Origin: Eledone cirrhosa
Taxonomy: Eukaryota
Length of the DNA stretch: 64,000 bases
NCBI GenBank assembly: GCA_964016885.1
Contig: OZ024742.1
Coordinates: 132,556,001-132,620,000 of the forward strand
Direction: 5' to 3'
Shown here: positions 1-14,009 of the stretch, in pieces
How positions within the stretch are numbered: the first letter of the stretch is position 1
Layout of the letters: each line of letters starts with the position of its first letter
Translations under genes and position numbers: made by a program
The notes under the pieces: model-generated
Databases searched by the model: none
The model's input: only the letters and a program-made list of their open reading frames with translations
Told to the model about the DNA's origin: nothing

Positions 1-133
1 CCTCCGGTTGCAACGTTTTTTTAAATATCCAGTTCTGCGTTTACAGATTGACTTTGTTAGTTTCAGAAGATCCCGTTAAGGGTGAAAGCAGCGATTCTTT
101 GCTTAAACTTTAATCTGTTATTTTAATAAATAT
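1..133 (+). mobile_element. 3' end/pLTR fragment of PLE family A, truncated by the window edge, ending in (TA)n
   Basis: Near-identical to about 4228-4360 and to the reverse complement of about 2190-2320, which is the 3' UTR of the GIY-YIG remnant at 3169-3745. Confidence 0.8.
59..109 (+). ncRNA. Hammerhead-like motif with atypical CAGAAGA core (family A)
   Basis: agttt CAGAAGA t-ccc-gttaa-ggg-t GAAA gca..tgc TT aaact; other copies at 2208-2258(-), 4286-4336(+), 21437-21491(-). Confidence 0.5.
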
Positions 134-295
134 ATATATATATATATATATATCAAGTAAGTATGTTTTGAAACAGTGATCAGGTTTGAAATTAGAAAAT
201 AGAATAGCTTTCACCGTACTTTTGACTAAAGGTATTTTTTAGCCTGGTAATGGGGTTTAGAACCCTCAGATACATGGCAAAAGATGAGTATTGAC

Positions 296-345
<50 letters not shown>

Positions 346-349
<4 letters not shown>

Positions 350-1023
350 CAATATATTTAGAAACACACAGATACATGCGGACACGCACATATATACATG
401 AATGCATCCAACTGTAAATTTATTACTAATTATATCTAAATGTTTCCTCTCTCTTCATAATGTATTTTTAACTCTGATACTGGTTCAGTCTAGTTCAACT
501 GAATTGGTCTGTCCCAGTCATTCATTGAGCAACATCGGTGAAGTTGGCACCCTTAACTCACAGTTGGGTGCGGATGCATTCATGTATATATGTGTGTGTC
601 CGCATGTATCTGTGTGTTTCTAAATTTATTGTTAATAACTTCCTCTGGTCGAGCAATCTTTACTCATACTTCTCGCCTTCTTCACCACCTCTTCTACGGC
701 CTCGATATAAATACCCCCTCCGTCTCCGTGGTATTTTCTTCAGGGTTATAAGAGGCTTAGCTCTGTTTCTCGACCGTTATATCGCGTGACTATCTCCCCA
801 TCCGCCTTTTGGGATTCTTTCTCACGTCGTGTAGACGCGTTCTTGAGACTAGTAAAATGAGGTATCCTCTTGATAAGTCGGCAGACCTCGCAAGGACTCT
901 ATGTCTTTATGATATATTGTTTTTGTTTATGCCACGAAACTACGTAGTCGAGGAATTTAGGAGCAGTTTAGGTATGATACATTTTATTACTAATTATATC
1001 TAAATGTTTCTTCTCTCTTCATA

Positions 1024-1028
<5 letters not shown>
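346..1028 (+). mobile_element. Non-coding PLE derivative (retrozyme-like) between TA tracts
   Basis: Direct repeat 421-466/984-1028; inverted repeat 346-412/559-633; internal hammerhead. Confidence 0.65.
865..954 (+). ncRNA. Type I hammerhead ribozyme, U3-A8 core variant
   Basis: tcctc TTGATAA gtcggca...tgccac GAAA ctacgtag TC gagga; 5-bp stem I, palindromic stem III, GUC site. Confidence 0.7.
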
Positions 1029-1091
<63 letters not shown>

Positions 1092-1092
<1 letters not shown>

Positions 1093-1291
1093 ACGAACGA
1101 AGTGTGGTAAGGAACCAGGTGGACCATAACGCACCAAAGTACTCAATACTTAGGGTAGTAGAGTGGGTAATAGGAACTAGTAGCACGCCGACGGCTGAGC
1201 TCAAGCCGTTTCGACGGGTAATTCTGGTCTAAATTAGTCCAGACTTAGCCGTCGAAACGGCTTGAGCTCAGCCGTCGGGGTCCTGCTCGTT

Positions 1292-1295
<4 letters not shown>
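1092..1295. mobile_element. Fold-back element, family B (PLE 3' end with 3' half of a hammerhead)
   Basis: Arms about 1170-1227 and 1239-1295 plus a tail at 1092-1169; homologous copies at 17013, 27886 and 56499; flanked by (TA)n. Confidence 0.75.
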
Positions 1296-1333
<38 letters not shown>

Positions 1334-1336
1334 TAA

Positions 1337-1928
<592 letters not shown>

Positions 1929-1932
<4 letters not shown>

Positions 1933-2124
1933 TCAGAGCAAACAGCACGGACACTCTATCTCAAAATTATTTTTGAAAAGCATTTAAAAATGCGCAACCG
2001 GTAAGGACTTAAAAACTTAAAACCACAACTGAATACTAACCCATACAATCACTAATACTCTTTTATTCCTAATTAAACCATTTTTCAACTGTGAACAAAT
2101 TGTCAGCATTTTCTATTCCGTTTA

Positions 2125-2130
<6 letters not shown>
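1929..2130 (+). mobile_element. Short TA-inserted repeat with degenerate U3-A8 hammerhead-like motif (about 1968-2008)
   Basis: Homologous to 21655-21880; TTGAAAA gcatt..aatgc G(C/G)AA c(c/a)gg TA. Confidence 0.55.
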
Positions 2131-2184
<54 letters not shown>

Positions 2185-3168
2185 TATATATTAAAATAAC
2201 AGATTAAAGTTGAAGCAAAGAATCGCTACTTTCACCATTAACGGGATCTTCTGAAACTAACAAAGTCAATCTGTAAACGCAGAAGTGGATATTTAAAAAA
2301 ACGTTGCAACCGGAGGAAGGCAGGAAAACGATACTTTGGTTCGTGGAAACGTTCCCTGGCAAAGAACGGGAAAAAACGAATATAATACATCATTAATAGG
2401 AGCGGTGAAAAACAATTACACACAAAGATAGAACCACGTTTATGGTATAAAAGAACTCATAGACTAATATTCTCTCAGGTGGTTCATAGAGACGTTCTCT
2501 GCCAACGAACGGAAACACGAAAATAATACGTCATATGTGGAGCGTGGAGAACAATTGCACGCAAATACAAAACCACGTACATGTTAATGAAGTCGTAGAC
2601 TAAAATTCTAACTAGGAAATCGAATGATTCTTCGCTTCAGAGTTAAGAATAAAGTAATAAAATACAGAGGTAATTGAAATTAAATAAATACATACGCGCA
2701 TCCAAATATGTACATACACAAGCATACGCGAAAACACTCGCCCTAGGTATACAAATAAACGCACATATAAATATGTGTGTGCGTGTATACAAATAATTAA
2801 ATAAACGTATATAAATAAATTAATACGTATATAACAAGCACACATACATACCTACATGTAAATACACAAATGTTCGGAGTACGTCAACCAAAACACGAAG
2901 TACACATATACACAGACCCTACTTACGTACGAATCCGCATACTCACACAGACGCAAAACCCACGTATACACATAACCAAAAGCATATGTACCAGAATGTA
3001 TAAATATAAGCCATAACATATACAATCAAATATACGTACGAGAAAGTATACGTACCTTCACAAAACATACAGGTAATATATACTTACCTATGCAAATAAG
3101 TAATGGTATAAACATAACATATGCTTAGCTACCATATCAAGACGTAAAATATCCGCGTATAGATCTTA

Positions 3169-3745
3169 CTATCCGTTAGGGTATAATGTGGGGATGTAAT
3201 ACAGGAAAGTTTTGTGCAATTTATGTTTACAAGCCGAAATTGCCTCAGATTTTTTGTTTAAGATGTGGTCTGCGGTGTAGAGTATTTCCAGGACTGCAGC
3301 GGCGTAGAGGTCACATGGTCTTTTATTTCCGTTATACGATCTAGCCCTAGATCGGATCACCCAATGTAATTTATATTGGGTGGGTTTGTCTTTTAGACTC
3401 CAGATATAAGCTTAAAGTGACGTCATATTCCTTCTTAGAGGGTAACGAAAAGAATGGGTATGCATGTAAAGACGCTGCTTGAATCTATTGGCGGTTAACC
3501 CTATGTAGGCCCTACGGGATGTGAGTGTTTCAACCTTACATTTGTAGACAATGTTACTAGAGAGTCATTTCCCGGATAGGGGGCAATCAACCCGATTCCT
3601 ACAATTACAGTTAGTACTAACTACAGGATTGCACGTGTTCCTACAGCTAGGCAGTTTAGCTAAATTTGAAGCTGTGATGTTATGTGCAAGGTTAGGAGTC
3701 GTAGAGTAAGACATTTTAATAGTATTTCTATTAAAATTCATTCTA
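3169..3745 (-). pseudogene. PLE linker plus GIY-YIG endonuclease remnant (Naiad-like)
   Basis: IKMSYSTTPNL..CNCRNRVDCPLSGK*LSSNIVYKC..AYIGLTANRFKQRLYMH..IWSLKD..CKHK; two in-frame stops. Confidence 0.9.
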
Positions 3746-3895
3746 TTAAGGATTCTAATGCCGTTCACGTCCACTCCGACAAAACTGGCAACCTATATCA
3801 AGTGGAGCGCAGTACTTACCATAAACTACTACATAATGCTGTAACTAAGGATTACCGTAAAACTAATCGGTACGTCATCTATGAAATCAACGATG
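3746..3895 (+). pseudogene. PLE RT N-terminal (DKT motif) fragment
   Basis: VHSDKTGNLYQVERSTYHKLLHNAVTKDYRK resembles KADKTSNLYTMDCTTYNNFIRKELHKKYRK of the 44.5-kb element. Confidence 0.75.
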
Positions 3896-4435
3896 CTGAG
3901 TTTAAAGCGGAGAATCATTCGATTTCCTAGTTAGAATTTTAGTCTACGACTTCATTACCATTTACGTGGTTTTGTCTTTGCGTGCAATTGTTCTCCACGC
4001 TCCACATATGACGTATTATCTTCGTTTTTTCTGTTCATTGCCAGAGAACGTCGCTATGAACCACCTAAATGAATATTAGTCTACGACTTCTTCTATACCA
4101 TAAACGTTGTTCTGTCTTTGCGTGTAATTGTTTTTCACCGCTCCTATTTATGACGTATTATATTCGTTTTTTCCCGTTCTTTGCCAGGGAACGTTTCCAC
4201 GAACCAAAGTATCATCATCCTGTCTTCCTCCGGTTGCAACGTTTTTTTTAAATATCCACTTCTGCTTTTACAGATTGACTTTGTTGGTTTCAGAAGATCA
4301 CGTTAAGGGTGAAAGCAGCGATTCTTTGCTTAAACTTTAATCTGTTATTTTAATAAATATTTGCTCTACGCTTCTTATATATTTGATATATATTTATACT
4401 TATCGAGCCCTCTTTGGATTTTGTCTTCAAATTTA

Positions 4436-4516
<81 letters not shown>

Positions 4517-7434
4517 ATAAAACATGTATAATGTTTATTGCAATTATAAATAGATGTGAGGATATAAGAATATACAAAATAAAGATGTGATGTATTGGTA
4601 TTTGTAAACCTGACGTTAAACATTTTGAAATATATTTAACAGAAAAGGAGCGAGGTGCATATCGAAATTATCGACTGTTCTTTGCTATGTTTTGCTTCAA
4701 AACATGTATCTTCTCGACATACATTTGTGAAAAGAGATGTACGTAGAACTTAATAAATTTTCTCGGTGATGAATTAACCATTTATTCATTACACACTTCA
4801 CTTATTTCAAAAAATGATAAAATAGCCTTGCTTAGATCCGTGTCTTAATATAGTTTGGGATTTGGGAAGATATTATTACTTACATTCTTATCTGATCAAT
4901 AATAACAGTGTAATGGAAAGGACATTAAGACTTCAGAATCATTAACACAATTTATGAATTTGTTTTGACAGACACCGATCAGTAAAATACAACATTAAAC
5001 CGTTTACATTATTTATCCAGGTTCGACTAATCTTTTCATCTAATCTGTTGGGAGCCGAATCAATTCACAACACATCTCACTTAAGTAAAACTGTCAGCTA
5101 TGCATGGCAATATAGACACAATAACAGCTTGAGCCGTCACACTTGCTTTTCCGATATTGGGATTAAGAGCCTGGTGAGGAACGGTCACATTCATACCGAA
5201 TTAAGTATAACATCTAGAGGATATATGGTTTGCACTGGCTATCCAAAAGTATATAAATAAATAAGTTTGTCTACGTCTTAACACATTCTTTCTTAAATGT
5301 GTGATAGTGCAGGTGTCTATTGGATTGAATCGCTCACTTAATTATCAGCCAATTGTATTCAGAGGACGATAATGTTAAATGAGCCGGAAAACGTTATATT
5401 CCAAGAGGTATATTAGTCAGAAATAATACTACAGTTTTCCACTTCATGTAGAAAAGCAAATCTGAACATTTTGTCTGGTGATCGCTTGACATCTTTCAAA
5501 AGTTACTTCGGTATCATAATGTTTGATTTATCAATCAGGGTTAAAAGAGTATATATACATATGAGCACCAAAAACATCAGTGTTAACAACAATATTAACA
5601 AAGGAAACGAATACGTTGAATGATGCATATGCCTATGATTTCTCATTTATAAACTAAAGTAAACCAAGCTCACATTATTTTTATGTGTACATTTAAACTT
5701 TGATTAATTTGAATTTAGAACTACATCTACTTATCGTTCCTGGCACGAATCCTTATCAACACTAATGCTTTGAATTTACACGACATATATCACCTCATTT
5801 AATTAAAATATAATTTTGCTTTCTGATAGATCATATACAGAATCATACGATCTTCTAGCAATATGTATTCCTAGGAAAGTCATCAAACACCGAATCAGTA
5901 AATTGTTTTCTCACAAACATACATCATCACAGTAACTTTTAAACATGTATATACGTGTCAGAGGATTTTAATCAATGTAGATTTCTAGGTTCTGTCCCTT
6001 GTAAGCGACGACAAGTAGTTTCAGCAGGGCTAACGGCATTATTACTGATTATAGGTGCAATTCCTATCCATTTAATATCATTTTTGATTGACTACATTAT
6101 GTATGTTGTGGTGTACTGTTTGATTAGAACGTAGGTTACCAAGGTTCAGTTATGTTCTATTTCGTGTCATGAAAAGCCCTGGGTACTGTGAAAATGAAAT
6201 CAGTGAAAACAATAACAAACAACAAATATAAACAAGAAAACACTCACTCAAATCCCCATACTGACACATACCCACACATGTACAAACACATACACATAAA
6301 TATAAACATAGAATTTATAGTGTCATGAATGCATTTATAAAACAGAACAATAATAAAGAAGATTCAGATAACAATATAAATAAGCAGGTAAACAAAAAAT
6401 ACAAATCAGTTTATACGTGAATATCGACTTACAGATAGAACAACTGCAAGAAGCAATCCAACAGAAGTCATACGATTTGCGAAAACCAGAATGAGATTAA
6501 CATTTAAACTAGATGGCAGCAGGATATTTTCAATGATTATAGAAAATTTCCCATCAGCCATTTCATCTGCCATTGACATTGTCATCTCAATTACATATGT
6601 GGTCTTTCAGTGTCTCTCTCTCTCTCTTTCCTCTCCTTTCTCACTATATATATATATATATAATCTCCCTTTTTGTATTTCTCTCTCTCATTGACTGAGT
6701 ATTTCCAATTTATATTTCACCCATACACTATTGTGTCTGTTTTGATATTATAATACAATTTGTTCTAACACAATACAATAATATTCTTTAAAATGATGAT
6801 ATTATATGTAAGGTTTGAATAAAGAATGGAAGGCGACCTAATTAAATACAACTGAACTATTTTCCTTCCGGAGACTCTTTTAATTATGTCATGACGTAAT
6901 TCCGCAATTCCTTGAGTGAATCCATGTAGATAGTGTGTATAGATTTTCACTTGTTTGTTATCAGCAAAGTATAACTTGAGGTCAGCCATAAACCAAATAT
7001 TTTACATTGTTAAACCATAGAATATGTGTTAATACCAGGCTGCAATGTAATAGGCTAAGGGAATTCCTTTGAGGTATTTATTTATTAACAGATATAATTC
7101 GTTTCTTTTTTGTTATCAAAAAAGCTATTAACCAATTTTTAATGATATGATATATTTGCCAATTATTAGTACTTTTTACACCGGGTTAACAGTTCCAGAA
7201 ATCGCATGATCAGAACACTAACGAAAGCTTCGGGATAATAGATTAAAAGGAAATCTTAAGGGAATGTGGGGTTTAGCAACTCTTTCCCTTCAAATGTAAC
7301 TTTAACAGGGGTCAATCTGCTCCAATTGTTACACTTCTCCATTCTATAGCCTTCTGTTTGGGCTTTGTGGATCACTAATTGGTCCTCTAAAATTATGACC
7401 TTTATAACAATCTCATAGTTTTTCTAACATAATT

Positions 7435-7765
7435 TGCGTGTGTGGGGGCGTTGTGCTGCTGTTGCTTCGTTCGACGAGTGACCCGGTTGATATGTTCAAC
7501 GGAACATCATAACCTTACGTACAAGTGCCTGACTATTTCACAGACACACATACTCTTAACGTCATTATCAGGAAGATTCACCGTGACACAACATGGCTGT
7601 GTCTTAAACCTAGTGATACAACAAATCATTTTTGTCAGCTTAGTGTACTGAAGCCACGTGAAATAATGTGTTTTGATCAAGGACACAATGCACTGGTGGG
7701 TACCCAACATATGACTTTACGATAATGCATCGAAAACCCTGACCACTTAGCCACGCACCTTCACA
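7435..7765 (-). mobile_element. Degenerate SINE-like repeat
   Basis: gtgttttgatcaaggacacaatgca and ccacttagccacgcaccttcac resemble cephalopod tRNA-SINE segments (from memory, not aligned). Confidence 0.5.
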
Positions 7766-7879
7766 ATCGTAAAGCATGGGGACAGTCTTTGTTGCTATCG
7801 ATTTACACGTTTTATTAATCCTAAAGGTAACAAAATTACATAAAATGTGTTCTTAGTGGCTACCGAACGAAAGGCTTTA

Positions 7880-8680
7880 TGATTCAACATTCGGAGCAGA
7901 ACGCTCAGCTGCAAAATGCGTGTCAGTATAATTTGTTCCGTAGTCTTGAAGCAAAAAGAGGCAGCCAACTACAGAGATTACTTCTGCTAAGGTATTACTC
8001 GACACATCTCCAACGGAATTGGAAGAGTTTGCCACCTCATGCTATAATTAGTGGTGATATTGAGAAAGAGATGGAAGAAAAGTGTAAATGAGATCAGCAA
8101 TGACAGCTGTTTCTAAAGTAATTGAAAGTAACTTAATCCCGTGTTATATCGAACTACGGCATACACTTATAAGATTGAGCATTAATTGCAGGCCGAATAA
8201 GTTCAGCGGATATTTGCAACTGATATAAGATAATAGGATAAAACTGGACAAGGTTACCCTAGAAAAACTCATGGCAATTAAATCTCTGAGGTGGTGCTGA
8301 ACTCGTTGTGAAATAAACATTTCTGGAGTAAAGATGATACCATTTAGTGTGAAGCAAAATGCATCTCACGTAATGAAGAACTCATCTGCTGCAAGAAGAA
8401 ATTAATCTCCCCAAATAATATGAATTTTATTAACTCTTGATCTGCTAACAAGTGGCTGCTTCGCAAGTCAATCTCTTCTCCAACGAAATATGGAGGAGAT
8501 GGAATCAGAGCAAAATATATACGTTACTTGCCCAAATAATTACCTAAATGAACTTTTAACTGGCTTGTATTCAAGATTATCTGAATCTAGGCGGATTGAT
8601 AGCATCAGTAGAGTCGAACAACACGCTTTGCGGCATAGTTATGGCCCTTTACGTCTTAATTCCAAATCCTACCTATATTA
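7880..8680 (-). mobile_element. Possible highly decayed non-LTR retrotransposon fragment
   Basis: Scattered LINE C-terminal-like peptides (e.g. YAVVRYNTG); no intact ORF. Confidence 0.3.
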
Positions 8681-9120
8681 GATTTGCCATTCTTCCTTAA
8701 AAAGTCGATAAAATTATATACTAGTACGGCACTGGGGTCGATTTAATAGACTTTCCCCTCCCCCAAAATTACAGGTCTTGTGCATTTTGTGCGATGTGAG
8801 AATTTAATTGTTGTTAATTTCTTAATTATTAACTGTTACCATTTTCTACACGGTTTTAAAGCTATTTGTAATTCCTCACTATCAATGTTTTTTGTATAGT
8901 CCTCTATCTTTCGGCTCTAGTGGTCAATAAAAAAAACTATTATGTTTGTGTCAGGCGTCATAGGTAAGGAACTAATTTCGTTGTGTATCGATTTCTTCCT
9001 ATGTCTGTTTACATTTGATTTGTGTGTGCGTGTGACTGACTGTCGTAAGTATCACTATATCCCCCGCAACTCTCGCTCGCGTTCTCTCTCTCTCTTTCTT
9101 TCTTTCTCTCTCTCTATTTT

Positions 9121-9175
<55 letters not shown>

Positions 9176-9962
9176 TTATCTCTCTATCTCGGCTTCCGCC
9201 TCAATATTCTGTATATTCTAAGTATGGATAATCTGAATATGAATCTAAGTATAATATAAAATGGTACTTGTGAAATACATTAATATCGGGAACATATATC
9301 AATATTATACAGGTTCTTTTTTTGAACTGTCGCGACATTAGTTGTTTGAATCTAACACAAAGTTCATTAGAATATTCGAGACAAAAGTAATCCGGTTAAT
9401 ATCTTTAGGTTTTATAATTTCATCAATCATTGAAATGATCAGTGAAATATTCATTCGTGATGCTTATCTTCATGTAAACAGAAGCGGCTATTTTCAGATA
9501 ACAAAAGACTATTTATTCCTACGTTCGACATAATCGAAGCTTTATTACACGCAGAATAGTGTCTATGGTTGTGTGTGGCCAATGCTGTTATTGTATAAAT
9601 GCAGTGATTTTTATGAGAATATCAAATTATGTTTACTGATCAAACACGTTAAATATCTATCTGGAGGTTCGTGTGGAAAAGATTGAGAAAATGGAGACAG
9701 AGAGGGAGAAGTAGAAGAAAGGAAAGAAAGGCAGATTGTGTGAAAGGAGAATTTGACCACCTAAATATTAGATCAGAATGCAATATCAAAAAGATAATAA
9801 TTGTAGGCAGGTCGGTCTGTGATTCGATGTAGAAATTATTTAAGCCGGCTAATCAGATAACAAATCACAATCGTACACTTATATCCAATTTCTTGTCTTG
9901 TTAACCGTAGTGAAGATATTTCCCAACCCTCTAAATATGATTTTATATAAACGGATGTATAC

Positions 9963-10099
<137 letters not shown>

Positions 10100-10339
10100 C
10101 GTATGTATTTATGTATTTGTGTATGTCTATATTTATGTAAGTATGTACGCATATGTATGTATTTATTCATGTAGGCATGTATTTATGTATGTATGTATAA
10201 AATGTATGTGGCAATGAAATAAAGTATAAATGCATGGATGAAATAACAAAAAAGGTAATCAACTAAAATAATGCCACCAACAATAGACCCATTTGACTGC
10301 TATTGAATTATTTGAATAATAATAAAAAAAATCTTCAAA

Positions 10340-10720
10340 ACTACACAATGACCATCAGCAATAACCAAAGAACAGTTGAGAGAGCCCGGGCCATTGAGAA
10401 AATCAAATACAATACTAAATTTATGTTTTCATTTGCAACAAAGTACAAGGTCACTGTCAACACTGCCAGCCATCTGATTTCTAAAATGATATTGTTAAAA
10501 CCATGTGTGAAACCAATGCAGAAATGATATTGATCTCTTTCAACAATGTTGATGTACTTGATTTGGATTATATCAGTGATGTTAAACCACAACACATCAT
10601 ATCTGACATAAATTTGGCGTCCTTGATATATTAGCTTCAATATATAACATAAAGCACAATTCAGACGTAGGCCCCAATAGGTTCCCTTCTAATATCCTGA
10701 AGGAGTTTCGGTCTCTATCA
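10340..10720 (+). mobile_element. Decayed CR1/L2-like LINE ORF2 fragment
   Basis: ERARAIEKIKYNTKFMFSFA resembles the 'IK.NPK.F..Y' linker of LINE ORF2. Confidence 0.35.
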
Positions 10721-12354
10721 AAGGTAACATTGACAGGAAGTTCCTTAGTTCGAAACCCTAAGTTCGAGTCACACTGTACTTTTCGTCCTTATTGTCAATT
10801 CAAACTTCACACGTGCTGACTAGAACGATGAAACGAACAACGTCGCATCTGCTCAGTTACTTGATGAGAAGAAATAAAAGCCGCCCCATTTAAGACATAA
10901 ACTACCGTGTTAAAAAGGATATTCGCTTTAGACAGTGTGGTATTTAGGTTTAATATGACTGAAGAAGGAGTGGTTTGAATTATCTGGAAGGCTTTTAAAT
11001 ATAGTCCTGCTTGCTGAAGATTAGTCTTATGCAAAGTCTCAATAATATCTACCTTCGCTGTATAAAATAAAACTGCCATAAACAATAATAAAAGTAACAG
11101 ATTTTCCAACTAAAAGTCAAATAAAACCTATCTCATCATCATGGTCAGAATAAATAGCATCAAGAGGATGCAGCCAGATGCAACATAATATAAGAAACAA
11201 CAAGATTTAGAATTAAGATCTAGGAAGAATCATAATAGCAGCAAACAAAAATATTTTTATCCGTATATCAAAATACATCTACTAGAAATTGTAACCGCCT
11301 CGCATCGAAATTGACCTACCATCTTAAAGATATAAAATGACGCTGTGATTAATGTAGTAGTGGATATATATAAAGATTGGATGGATGAAGAAGGAACGCC
11401 CCTGAATGCCATGTACGCCTGCTCGAGTACTACTGACCTGCCTCGAAAATGCAATAAAAACAACAAACGCAACAGTCATGAACAGAAGCAACACATGGCT
11501 CCGCAAAAAGAGAAAGACTATCAAAAAGAACAGTAGAAATCAAGTACAAAAATTCATAGGAACAACAACAACAAAATACAGCAGCAGCAGCAACAGCAAC
11601 AACAACGACAATAACAACCACAGCAACAACAACATCACAGCAGCAAACATAACAAACAAGAAGTACCACTGCGATAAGTACTAGTACAATAAATACCACA
11701 AAACAAAATAAAAATAAGTGCAACAAATTCAATAGGCATTGTAACAACAGTCACCTCTTCCTCCCACTTCGTCCGCAATGGAAAAAACAAAAGCCAGTTA
11801 AAGACAATTGATGTTTATTACTGACAGAAGTAATAAAATATCTGCAAAACGAAACCCCAATCCGAATCTACAATTAAACAATGCTATTTGTTTTTCTTAG
11901 CTTTCAGTATATATTTTTTCCTTTTGGTGTCTGTATATTGGTGGGGATAAGTTAGCCATGAAACATTCTGGCGGCATAATATCGTAATAGAAAAAAATGT
12001 TTTTCTATGGCGCCAGTGTTTTTCATCTACATGTGATTGATGTTTCTGATTCACTCTCACACATTCTTCTCTCTTTCTCTGTTGCTTCCTTAGCTCTGTC
12101 CATCTCTCTATGTTTCCCCATCTCTTCATTAGAAAAAAAAAAAAATAATGATTAAGAGGGAAGCACAGCTAGTGAAATATACAAATTATGACGGTCACTG
12201 AAATAACACTCACCAGAGAAAAAGAAACAAAAAGAATCAAGTGAGTGAAAGAGAAGGCCAGAAAGAATTACAGAGGGACATATAAATACATACGAATGTG
12301 TTTACGCATAAACGCATATAGATATGTGGCTTTGTGTATGAATCGATGTTTGTA

Positions 12355-12430
<76 letters not shown>

Positions 12431-12440
12431 TATACATTTA

Positions 12441-12483
<43 letters not shown>

Positions 12484-12627
12484 ATTATCATGGATGCAGT
12501 AATGGTTAATTACTACACAGGATAGAGTTGACGTACGGTGAGAGGTTACTGTGTAACCACACTGGAAACATTCGTATGCACACAGGATAAATTACCTTTT
12601 TATGATGTCTACCTGTTATTATTCATT

Positions 12628-12717
<90 letters not shown>

Positions 12718-12748
12718 TAAATTTATATATAATGTTTAATATAGACAT

Positions 12749-12800
12749 GGCTTCTACAGGATTAGAACTGTTTCATTCGAAGCAAATCATCAGCAAAGCC
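12749..12800 (-). ncRNA. Type I hammerhead ribozyme in a ~70-bp insert between TA tracts
   Basis: ggcttt(g) CTGATGA tttg-ctt-cgaa-t GAAA cag-ttctaatc-ctg TA gaagcc. Confidence 0.7.
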
Positions 12801-12807
12801 CATATAT

Positions 12808-12850
<43 letters not shown>

Positions 12851-12865
12851 TATTATATATATACA

Positions 12866-13468
12866 ATTTAGCACCCTGGACGCCTTCGTCGATGCCAGCC
12901 GTAGCGCAGTAAATCGTTTCGACTTCCGCCACCGTTCCAAACGGCACAATATCTCACGGGGCGAACTCCTCGCTCTCCGCTCCCTCCGTAGCCGAGATGA
13001 CATCGTCATCAAACCGGCGGACAAGGGAGGCGCCGTGGTGGTATGGCGCGCGGACCTCTACACGGCCGAAGCCCTCAGGCAGCTCTGTAACCCCCTCTTT
13101 TACCGCCCTCTACCCTCCGATCCCACCCCCCACTACCAACAACAAGTCTCCTCCACCATCAAAGACCTTATCGCCTCCTCCCTCCTCCCCCCACCGCTTC
13201 CCACCTCATCGTCCGCACACCCCGCACCCCCACCATCTACTTCCTCCCCAAACTCCACAAACCCGACAACCCCGGCCGCCCCATCGTCTCCGCTTGCAAC
13301 TGCCCCACCGAACTCATCTCCGCCTTTCTCGACTCCCTCCTCGCCCCCCTTGTCACCACCCTCCCCTCCCACATCTCTGACACCAACCACGCCCTGCGCC
13401 TTTTCGACTCCTTCACCTACCTACCCGGCCCTCAGCCATTCCTCTTCACCCTAGACATCAAGTCCCTG
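12866..13468 (+). pseudogene. PLE reverse transcriptase fragment (ADKG type, Poseidon/Neptune-like), frameshifted
   Basis: DIVIKPADKGGAVVVW..RQL..Y..DPT; after a frameshift near 13190, YFLPKLHKPDNPGRPIVSACNCPTELIS..LFTLDIKSL. Confidence 0.9.
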
Positions 13469-13555
13469 TCCCCCACCTACCCCCCACTCTCCTGAGCGTG
13501 AATTTAATAAACATTTATCGTACTGCCTCTCTGTTCTGTCCCTGTTCAATTTTTC

Positions 13556-13615
<60 letters not shown>

Positions 13616-14009
13616 TGATCAGCTGACCTCCTCCGCAAAATCAGGTAGATAGCAGCCCGCATGAGGAGGGAATCCAGCGAGGTGTGGGGCTGTTGCAGCG
13701 TGTATCACTGTCTATTGTTCGTGGAAATGCCTTTTCCATTTTGTCCGTGGGGTGCAGCTGAAACATCGTCCTGACATAAATGCAGAGTCCGTCGCCCTCT
13801 CCTCTACAACCTTTCTTGCATCCTTTGTCTAGTAGTCCATGCTCTTCCCCTCGTTTTCCTCTCATTTATGGCATTTATATTACTTTCCCATACTGGTCCC
13901 TTTTTCGATATGTTTATATAACTCTACTATGAAAGAAAATTATATATATATATATATATATTGATTTCTTTATTAGCCACAAGGGCGCAACAAGAAAGGG
14001 GACAATACA

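Larger units (their letters stand above)
2190..4446 (-). mobile_element. Rearranged Naiad-like PLE with inverted terminal arms (family A)
   Basis: Inverted repeat about 2190-2645/3895-4354, tail 4355-4446; encloses an EN remnant (-) and an RT fragment (+); TA flanks. Confidence 0.85.

Noticed and set aside
13190-13454. Pro/Ser-rich C-terminus of the 240-aa ORF
   Set aside because: Out-of-frame translation after a frameshift; the alternative frame is normal RT
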